A stretch of DNA of 64,000 nt from Cirrosporium novae-zelandiae (Eukaryota). Location of the stretch: contig JAPETS010000043.1 of assembly GCA_026023565.1 (NCBI GenBank), positions 1 to 64,000 of the forward strand. Reading direction: 5' to 3'. This document shows positions 1 through 10,963 of the stretch, in pieces; the first letter of the stretch is position 1, and every line of letters begins with the position of its first letter. The notes under the pieces are model-generated. The model did not search any database. It was not told where the DNA came from and saw only the letters and a program-made list of their open reading frames with translations. Position numbers and translations under genes: made by a program.

Positions 1-100
1 AACGAATATTTAATAAAATAGGAAAATTAATTATACGTAAAAAATTAATAAAAAAATATCGAAAATCTAGCGAATTGCTAGAAAAATATAAAAATATTCT

Positions 101-163
101 AAAAAAAAAAAAAAAAAAAAAAATAAAAAATAAAAAAAAAAAAAAAAAAAAAAAAAAAATAAA

Positions 164-250
<87 letters not shown>
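101..250. repeat. Near-pure poly(A) tract
   Basis: About 150 nt of A with a few T/C interruptions. Probably a G/A-rich sequence eroded by G>A changes; the exact length may be affected by assembly error. Confidence 0.85.
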
Positions 251-253
<3 letters not shown>

Positions 254-936
254 GAAATAAAAATATTAACGAAAAAAAAATAAAACGAAATAAAAAAAAA
301 CCAAAGAAATAATAAAAATAAAAAAAAAAAAAAAATTTTATTAATTTTAAAGGCTACGGGTATTTATCGAAAAAAAAACGCGTTTTAAACGTACGTAGCC
401 CGTAATAAAAAACGCTCGAATATTAATAATTATATAAAAATCTAAATACCGACCGTATTTTTAATAGCGCTAAAATTTTTATTATTTTTAAAAACCGAAA
501 TAATACTAGTATTAACAATAATATTAGTATTAGCACCCGCAGAAATATTATTGGGGGGGAGATTATAAAGGGAGTAATCTACGTCGTCGTTATTATTCTT
601 TTTTTTATTATTATCGATATTTACGTTATACTAACCAAGATTAATCGGGAAAATATATACGGAAATAAAAAAGAATACGTATAGTAACCGCAAACACCTG
701 ACCTAATTACCGAATAGATTGGTTAATCTCAGATAATAAATAATTAGTGCGGGCGCGGGAGTTAGATAGTATAGTATATTCCAACCGACGGATTGCTATA
801 ATCCGACGGTAGAAACGACGGGCCGAAACTAAAAACTTTCTACGAAAAACGGCACCAGTATTATTGGGACGGGCGAAAACGACGGTATCGGCCTATACAA
901 GCAGGCGGTTTAGACGAAATACTAGAATAAAAAAAA

Positions 937-976
<40 letters not shown>

Positions 977-1176
977 AAAAAAAAAATAATATTTCGAAAT
1001 ATTTTTTATACTACTTATAACAGACGTTACAGAAACGGCCAGATATTTAGGAATATATAAAAAAAGGGTCTGCCGCAAAACGCCAGAAACATTTCAAATA
1101 TATAGGTCTGAGGGGGAGAGCGCCACGAACAGCAGCGGCAGAGTTGGGGACGATAATAGAAAAACGCGAAAAAAAT

Positions 1177-1180
<4 letters not shown>

Positions 1181-1236
<56 letters not shown>

Positions 1237-1255
1237 GATAATAGTAATAATAATA
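1181..1255. repeat. (TAA)n microsatellite
   Basis: taataataat... tandem trinucleotide with a few G interruptions. Confidence 0.85.
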
Positions 1256-1350
1256 GAAAAAAAAATAAAAAAAAAAAAAAAAGATCTGAAATATAATTAA
1301 TAAGGACGTCGAAAAAATAGAAACGGGGAAAATAAAAATAAAAAATAAAA

Positions 1351-1396
<46 letters not shown>

Positions 1397-1776
1397 GAAA
1401 AAAAATAGCGATTATTTATATTCAGAAAAAAAAACGCTAATCCGAATAAAAAACGAAAATAATAGTTCCGGAAAAACGGAATAATTAATAAAAATAAATA
1501 CAGTAGTACTAACGCAGTAAATAAATAATAAAAATAATAAAAAAACGAAATAAGGCAATAATAAAAAAAATCTTTATTAAAAAAAAAAAAAAAGGAAAAA
1601 TAGAAAAATAATAATTTCGCCGGATACGGAACGATATCGAATAAAAAATGGAGTTTACGTGTACTATAATATTATCAAATTTAGAAAAAAAAAAAACTAT
1701 ATTCAGCGGAACGGAAAACCAGCGTTAAAAAATTAAAAATAGCGGTTAAAAATAACCGTACAAAAAAAAAGGATTA

Positions 1777-2082
1777 TATAATAAAAAAAAAGAAATAAAA
1801 TATTAAAAAAAAATTCCGTTATAAAAAAAAAAAATAAAATATTAGAAAAAATTATTACGTCTAAAAACCGAAAACGGGACGGAAACGGGGAAATAGCGCT
1901 ACGATTATCGAAAAAAAAAAAACGTTAAATAAAAAAATTTATATAGAAAATAAAAAAAAAGCTAGGAAAAATTAATTTTTAATTTTATATTATTCAGAGT
2001 ACTATTATCATAATACTATCACGATATAAATACACTACCTATCCGCATCGCTACCTACACTATCAGAGCCCTAATCTTGATA
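1777..2082 (-). mobile_element. LTR family A, heavily mutated copy (reverse complement of 11330-11636)
   Basis: About 306 bp colinear with the reverse complement of 11330-11636 (e.g. atccgcatcgctacctacactatcagagcccta at 2041-2073). TG/CA termini are mutated to TA/TA, and there is no matching TSD. Confidence 0.9.
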
Positions 2083-3173
2083 ATTTAGATAATATTATAT
2101 CTATATCATTTTTTTTATTAAATATAATTTTTAAATTGTTTTTTTTATTAATATAAATTTCCCGTATCCGTAATTTAAATAATATATTTAAATTAATTAA
2201 TTTAGTATTAATTACCGTTATTATAAATATTATAAAATCCGAATATTTAGTTTTTTATTTATTAAAAATTAATATTTTTTAATTTTCTAATTTTATATTT
2301 TTGTTTGCGGAACGAATATATTCCCGTTTTCGGGATTTAATTATTTATTATTTTTTATTAAATTTATTTATTATTCTACTGGTTATTTTTATATAAATAA
2401 TTCCGGTAATCTTTAATATTTATTTTATAAAAATTTATTTCGGGATTTTAAATATTAATAATAGGATTTTTCATTTAATTATTTTTATTATTTATTTAGA
2501 TTTAATAATTAGGATGATATAATTTTTATTTATAGAATTCTTTATTTTATTATATATAATTTCTGCGGTTTTTATCTGGGTCTATAATATTTAGATTATT
2601 ATTATAGTTTTTTTTTAATTATTAAAAATTTTTATTTAGTTATATATAATTTTTTTTAATTTTTTTTTTAAATTTTTATAATTTTATTATTTCGTGTTTT
2701 TAAAACGATTATTCGGGTTTTTAAACCGAAAATATTTCCCGTAATTATACCGTAAAATCGTCGGTTTTTAAAATCTAATATATTTTTTCCCCGATTACAG
2801 GAAATATACGTATTACCATATATTTAGCCGTTTATTCGATTAAAATATTCCGGTTATTAATTTTTTTTATAAGATTTTTCGACGTTATTTTCTCGTTTAA
2901 TTATTTGTTTTTTGGAATAACAATCGTAATATCGAATTATTAAATTTTATTATAAAATTTTGTTCCGATTTATTTGATTTGTTTTTTAGGCGCTGTCGTT
3001 TTTTCGTATTTATTTAATTCTCGCTGGCGGTATATATTCTTTTAATTCCTGATTTTTCCTCGCTGTTGCTAAACTCTATAAACCTTAAATAAACGTTAAA
3101 TATTTCGTATAGCGGTCGTCACAATAGTGAATTGATTTGGTGGCGTGGGATCATTAAAAAGTTTTTTCCGATC
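2083..3173 (-). mobile_element. Tad1-like LINE, 5' fragment (5' UTR and start of ORF1)
   Basis: Colinear with ~21110-22330 and with the reverse complement of ~10975-12530. Shares the 5'-end sequence cgtcacaatagtgaattgatttggtggcg. Confidence 0.85.
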
Positions 3174-3214
3174 TTTTTTATCCTTCGAGATATATAAGAA
3201 ACTTTTTTTTTTTT

Positions 3215-3370
3215 TTTTTCGATTTTTACGTTTTTCGTATACGTTTATTTTATATTATTATTATGGATCTAATTTTTATTTAATATTTATTTCGTTTAAA
3301 AAATTTTTTTCTGTATCCGGGTTTTATTTATTTTTAATTTGAATAAATTTTATAAAGTTTTTTTTCGTAT
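3215..3370 (-). mobile_element. Short LINE 3'-region fragment
   Basis: Aligns with 9740-9900 (ttttcgtatacgttta...gt(a/g)tccgggtt). Confidence 0.65.
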
Positions 3371-3513
3371 TATAGTAGAGTAAGTAAGTAGGCATGCCCA
3401 TTTATTTTTGTACGACCCCCCCCTAACAAAAGCAATTTAGCTTATTTTCTTTTTCGGAGGATTATAAGGGCAAGCGAGTAAAAATAAAAATAGCGACCTA
3501 TTTCGCCGTTATA
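3371..3513. mobile_element. Possible short LTR remnant of a third family
   Basis: GC-richer island bounded by tatag... and ...cgccgttata, which would be TG...CA before RIP. The end resembles the family-B terminus cgccgttaca. No second copy is present in the window. Confidence 0.35.
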
Positions 3514-3515
3514 AT

Positions 3516-3718
3516 TGTGAAGGCAGCGCTTAGTACAGGCAGTATGGTAGACTAGTGAGGTAATAGAATATATAACTAATAGGTATAACGTATTATTCGT
3601 ATATAAAATACAAATAATAATAATAGTTTTCGAAATACTTTTTTTATATAAAAATTTAATTACGCGCCAAATCTCGTTTCTATGTTTACGAAACGTATAT
3701 ATTTAGTACGCCGTGATA
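3516..3718 (-). repeat. Gypsy 3' LTR (family B), 203 bp
   Basis: tgtgaaggcagcgcttagtacagg...cgccgtgata. Its start matches the mutated tataaaaacagcgtttaatata at 8903, and its end matches cgccgttaca at 22424-22433. Confidence 0.88.
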
Positions 3719-6700
3719 ATTACTTTTTTTTCAAAAACATTTAATTTTAAATTTTTATATAAAATAATTATTTTTATTATTATATATATAATAAACTATT
3801 TTTTGTAATATATATAAAAAAATCTAATTAAATTTATAATTTATTAAATAGAATCTATAATATATAAATTCCTAAATATTATATTAATATATAATTATAA
3901 TACTAAAATAAAAAAAAAATAATAATAATAATATTATATTATTATATTAATAAATAATTTAAATTAAATAATAATAAAAATTACGAAAAATATAAATTTC
4001 GTCATTTAATATATTATAATCTTAATATTATTATTATATATTTTATTTTATAATAGTTCCCTGTTTTTCTATTATTCGTGGGTTTGTTGTAAATAAAACG
4101 TTAATTATTTTTTTAAAAAAAACTGGTTTTATTATTAAAAATAAAAATAACCATTTACTTTATTATTTTAATAATTTTTTTAATTTTTTTTATTATATTA
4201 TTAAATCGAGCCGCAGACGAATATATTATTTATATTAGAAATATATTCGTTATATAATTTGGGATAATAAAAATAATAAATTAAATTTAATATATATAAT
4301 TATATTAGATTATCGGTAATATAATTATTATATAAAATTGAAATATATTTATATTTTAATAAATATTTTTATATTTTTCGTATATTCGTTATAATGATAA
4401 TATTTATTTAAATTTCTATTTTTTTAAAAAATATTATTTTTAATTTTCGGCTGGAATCGGCTCGTTATTTAATAAATCTGACGAATAAAATTTTAGAATC
4501 GTTTATTAAATATATTTATATATAGAATTTAAATATATAAAATATTTTTGAAATTAAAATAATAATAGTAAATATTTTAAAACGTTTATATAGTTTTTTT
4601 TATAGTTTTTATTAATTTTTCTAAAAAATATTATTTTGGCCTAATTTATTTATACGGTCTATATAGGTATTGATATATATTATATAATAATAAATATAAT
4701 TTTTTTTATTATAAGACTGCGGTTTTTTTATAAATATTTTATTTTCGGTAAAAATATTATTTTATTTTCTATAATTCTTTTTAAATTTATTTTTTTTTCT
4801 ATATTTTCTAATATTTTTTTAAAAATATTCAAGATTTTTTTCTAATTATCAATTATTTTATTTTTCGTTCTATTTTTTTTATTTTATTAGGAATTCTTAT
4901 ATTTCTTTACGGATATATTCGTTTAATACGCGTTTTATAATATATTTCTTTTTATTTTCTATTTCTATAGGTCCCGGAAAAAATTTATTATTTCTTCGGT
5001 ATTATAACTCCAATAATAATATATAGAATATTTTATAAATACGGCTATATATAAATAATAATTGTAAATTGTATACGTTTTATTTTATAATATTAATTAT
5101 TTTAAATAAATCTACAAATTTATCGTTAAATCTTTTATTTAATTTACGTCGACAATAATGTTTCGTTCTTAATATTATACAATTTTTATTGATATTTTCG
5201 GTCGTAATATTTCTTTATCATATTTTATACGCGTTTCTAGAATTTCTTATTTTTTTCGGATTATAAATGTTCCGTAAATTTTTTCCTTAATAATATTTTT
5301 TTTTTAAAAATATTATTTTCGATATTTATACGTAAATTTGATTCATATTTATAATATCGATTAAATAAAATTATTTTTATACGTATATTATATATTTACG
5401 AATAATTTAATTTAATTATTTTAATTTTTATTTATATAATATTTTAAATATATTTTTAGATTTTAATTTTATTTTTCAATTTATCCGTTTATTTAAAAAT
5501 AAAAAATTATAAATAATTTATATTTTATATATAATAATAGAATATTATTTATTTTATAAAAATAAATAAATTTTTTCGATCCAATATAATTAATTATAAT
5601 ATTTCAAAATTAAATATTATATAATTGTATATAATTTTTATTAAATTAATTATATTCGTTTTTATTATATAAAAAATATATTTAAATATTTTAGAATATC
5701 GGTTTACGATAATTAATATAATATTATAGATTTTTTTTTTACGTTTCGTAAATAATAATTTAATAATAAAATTTATATTTATATAATTTTTTTTCGTATA
5801 ACGGGATTATAAAAAATATACGCCGCGCCGTCGTATTATATTAAATTCGTATCGTTTATATTTTCTTTTTTTTTCAGGATTTTTTTTAGAATTATTTATT
5901 TAAAAATAATTCTTAAATTTTATTTCTGTATTAAACGTCTTTATTCTATAAAAATATAAAATAATTAATAAATATATCTAATATATTATTATTATAAAAC
6001 GATATTTGTCTATATATTTCTTATATATATTTACGAACAGATCACGTAATTAATTTTTTTATAAATTTTGAAATATTTATTTCTATTTTTTTATTATCTT
6101 TAAATATATTATTTATATTATTTATAATTTCTATAATAAATTTAAAAAAATTATTATTTATATTTTTATTTTAATATTTTTGATATTTAGTTTTCCAATT
6201 TTGGTTTTTTTAATTTTTCGGTTTTTTATTATAATTACGATAATTTTTTTATTAGATTATCGGTATTTTTTATATATTATATATATTTTTTTTTATTTCA
6301 GTTTTTATTATAAAATTAGAAATAATTATTTATATTTTAATTTTTTAATATTTTTTATAATTATTATTAATTCCGTATTATAAATATTATAATTCAATTC
6401 CGCGGTAATTAATTTCCGAAACTAAAATATAATCGGATATTATTCGTCTCGTATATTTCTTTTATATAGAATAAATAATTAAAATAAAATAATTATAATT
6501 CTAAATCCTGAAATATTTATTCGAATATATAATTCTAGATCAAAATAATATAATATAAAAACCGTCGTAACAAATTTAATCAATTTTTTAAATATATATT
6601 TTATTTTTTTAAATTATTTAAATATTTTTATTTTTTTATTTTTTTTTATTTTTTTTAATAATTAAGTCAGTAGTACTATTATATTAAAATATTTAAAAAT

Positions 6701-8902
6701 AAATTTTTTATAAAAATTTATAAATTCTAAAAAAATCTGAATATTTTAATAATTTATTAATTTAAATTAATTTTAGATTATTTTTATTTTATTTAATTTT
6801 ATCGAAACGTTACGTTCTGATAACGAATTTTAAAAAATAAAATTTTATATAAAAAAATTTATATTTATATAATTTTATATATAATTTATATTTTTTTAAA
6901 TATTTTAATATTTATTATATATAAATTGTATAATTCTCGTTTAATTTATTAAGAATTAATACGTTATTTATATATACGATATATATAATATTTAATAATT
7001 TTTTTAAAATTTTATTAATATATATTTAAAATATAATAAAAACGTTGATTAATCTATATAATATAATTAAATATTTAAAATATTTATAATATATACGAAA
7101 AATAATTTTTTGTTTATTATTTTATTTTATATAAATCTAATAATAAACGTTTTTTATATTTAATTTAATAAATATAATTATTTCCGATAATTTATCGATA
7201 ATTTTTTTAATTGTTATTTTATTAAATTTTTTATAATTAATATATAAATATAAATTATTTTCTTTTTTTTTATAAATAAAATAAAATTTTTTTTTAATAA
7301 GTTTAATTCCTGAATCCAATTTTTTTTTAGATTATTATCGATATATTAATATAATATATATAATTTAATCGTTAATAATATATAAATTAATTTATATAAT
7401 ATTTTTATTTTTTTTAAATATCGATTTTATATATTATTTTAATTTATATTAAAAAATTTTAATTAATATTTTTTATAAATATATTTTAAACCTCTAAATA
7501 TTTTAAAAAAAAAAGTATATTAATTATTTTAATTATATATAATTTTATATTAAAATAATTATTATACGTTTTTTATATATATTAAAATTTAATATTTTAA
7601 TTTTTTTTTTATTTTTTTCATAATAATTTTTATAAAATCTATAATTATTAACGTAATTAATATCGATTTTAAATAATATTATTTTTTTCGTTTTTATTAA
7701 TAAATAAATAAGATTTTTTTAAATTATAAATATTTTAAAATAATATCGTATTCTCGAATATTAATAATTAAAAAAATATATTATTTTTTTTTTTTTTTAA
7801 ATTTCGGGATCGATTTCCGGTCGTTACGATTATTTTTCGTATATAATATTTTTAAAATATTAATTTAAATTATAATTTTTTTTTTAATTTTTTTTTAAAT
7901 TATTAAATAATTATAATAATATATTTTTTATTTATTATTTTATAATTTTTTCGTATAATTTTATTATATAATTTAGATTTTAATTTTACTATTAAATTAA
8001 ATATTTTTTTTAAATCGTTTCTACGATTATTTATTAATATATTTTTTTCGATTTTTTTAAAATAATAAATAAATGCTCTAATATTCTGATTCGGAAATTA
8101 TTTCGTTTCGTTATATTTTAAAATTATATTTAGTCTACGATTCGCAGGATTTTTAATAATATTACGAATTTATTATAAATATTTTTTATAAATTATATTT
8201 TTATTAAAAAAACGATATTATTTTTTACGAATTAATTTAATAAAAAACGTAATTACGTATATCACGCGTTTTGTATTAATATTTAAATATAGGGCTGTAT
8301 TTAAATATATCTGCTAATCTAATATATAGTTTTTTTTTATTTTTACCGTTATACGTTGGCGGTATTTTAGATTTATACGGGTTTAGACGAGCCGTATTTT
8401 ATATATTATCGATAAAATAATAATATTTATACGTATTAATAATATTTTCGTTCCGTATATTTTAAATATCGTCGTTACGATCGATACGTTATTATATCGT
8501 AAAAATTTTATTTTTAAAACGTTTTATTTTTAATATTTCGATTAATTTATTATATCGTTATTTTAATTATTTAGATATTATATTTAAAATCGATAATATA
8601 TTTAATATTTTTAACGTATTTATTTTTTTCGTATAAATTTTTTACGTAATCGTTAATTCCGGCTATATAATTAATAATTTTTAGAATATAATCGATAATT
8701 CCGTTTATTCCGATTTAATTATTCGGATTAATATTTTATTTCGACGTAAAAATATTATTTAAATTTCGGTTACGATATATAATTATAACGAAATCGATTC
8801 TATAATTTTTTTTAGAAATAAAAAATAATTATTAATAATATTTAATTATTTTTTATTGTTTTACCGAACGGTCCTCCGTTAATAGAATTAATATTCGATT
8901 AT

Positions 8903-9480
8903 TATAAAAACAGCGTTTAATATAAATAATATAATAAATTAATAAAATAATAAAATATATAATTAATTAGGGGTGGGTAGAACCCGGACACAGGGGGGGA
9001 GACGACCCAGAGGCAGGTATTGGGTAAGAGCTGGGCCCGTAGTAGAAACGCGGGGTGAGCGCATGCATAAGCAAAGACTGAAAAAATCGAAAATAGGTGC
9101 GAGTGGGCCTATTTATAGGCTACGAACACCGAAATAGCGCTAAAAAACTATCCGGTTAGATAAATCAAGTGATTCTAGGAAACCCAAAAAAAAGGGGGAA
9201 ACTATATAGCCGAACCAAAGGAATAACCCCTACCACTTTAATTAAAAATAAGCCCGAAAAAGGATACAAAAAAACCTAAAAACCCCCGAATAAAATCCGT
9301 CATAGTTTCTAAATAATATATAGATATAAAACAATAAATAATCATTATTAATATATAATTAATAAATATAACGTATTATTCGTATATAAAACGCAAATAA
9401 TAATAATAGTTTTTAAAATATTTTTTCTATAAATATAAAAATCGAATACTACCTTAATAAATCAAACAGCGTTCTCCTAT
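8903..9480 (-). repeat. Gypsy 5' LTR (family B), segments 8903-8967 and 9364-9480; final segment at 22363-22433
   Basis: Colinear with 3516-3718 and 23486-23689 once the LINE insertions and one copy of each TSD are removed. Reconstructed length is 253 bp. Confidence 0.85.
8968..9349 (+). mobile_element. 5'-truncated Tad1-like LINE (3' end only) with 14-bp TSD
   Basis: Matches LINE 3' end ~17306-17687 and ends in aataaataatcattatt. Flanked by aatatataattaat at 8954-8967 and 9350-9363. Confidence 0.9.
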
Positions 9481-10963
9481 AATAATGATGATTATTTATT
9501 GTTTTATATCCATATATCGTTTAGAAACTATGACGGACTTTATTTGGGGGCTTTTAGGCCTTTTCGTATCCTTTTTCGGGCTTATTTTTAGTTAAGGTGG
9601 TGGGGGTCACCCCCTTGGTTCGGCTATATAGTTTCCCCCTTTTTTTAGATTTCCTAGAATCACCCGATTTATTTAACCGGATAATTTTTTAGCGTTATTT
9701 CGGTATTCGTAATCTATAAATAAATTTATTCGTATTTATTTTCGATTTTTTCAATCTTTATTTTCGTATACGTTTACCCCGCGTATCTGTTACGGACCCC
9801 GTTTTTATCTAATATCTACGTCCGGGTTTTTATTTTTTCCGTGTCCGGGTTCTATCTATCCCCAATCTAGGTACGTTTCACGATTTTCCGTTTCGTATCT
9901 AATTTAGGATTAGGGTTTTTTTATCTCCGTATTATTTAAAAAACGTATTTAATTTTTAAAAAATTTTCGGTTTTTTAATACGAATATTAGTTTTTTTTTT
10001 TCGGTTATATTAAATTATTAGTTTTTTTATTTTTTTATTATTTTTTATAATCGGGTTTTAATCGTTTTTCAGCGTAAATATATTAATATTAAATAAAAAA
10101 TATTTTAATATAAAATCTCGTATTATTAATATTCCGGAATAATAATAATTTTTATATAATATATATATTTTTTAATAACGGCGTATCCCGTTTTTATTTA
10201 ATAGAATTTATTTATCAATTTTTTAAACGCGTATTTTAATACCCGATTTTTTTTATATTTCGGATATATTTAATATAATTTATTGAATATTTTTTTTATT
10301 TTTTAATTATATAATTAATTATATATTTTTATTATCCGTTTTTTAATTATATTATAAATTATATAAATTAACGAAATTTATTTGATTATTTTATTATTTT
10401 TTAGCGTTATATTTATTTTAATTATTTAATTTATTATTTCGTTCTTTAATATTTTATAATATTTTAGGATTTATTTAATAACGATTTTCGTTTTTTAATC
10501 GATCAAATATTTGGTATATTCGTATATTTTTTATACGATCGTTTGATTTTTTTTTAATTTTTTTTTTTCGATCCGTCTAATAGCCGTTTGCGAATCAAAT
10601 AATATTATTATTTTTTTTCTGGGGGTTTTATAATTATTTAAATACGTTTTAATCGTTATTTATAGGGCTATTTGCGCCCCCCAAAATTTTATATCGAATA
10701 TTTTTTTATTTTAATTTAAATAATATTTCCGTATCGTTTATAAGATTTTTTCGGCTATTTTTTAGATTATTCCCGCCTTTATTTTACGGTTTTTTAGTTT
10801 AAATCCGTCCGATTAATATACGTTTTTTTAGCTCTGCGCTAGCGTTTCGCTGAAAATCTTTATTTTAAAAATATTATTATTTTTTTCGATTATTTGGATT
10901 TTTTCGATTTTAAAACTCGAATTTATTATTTTTTAGATTATCGTTATAATTAAATATTGGTTT

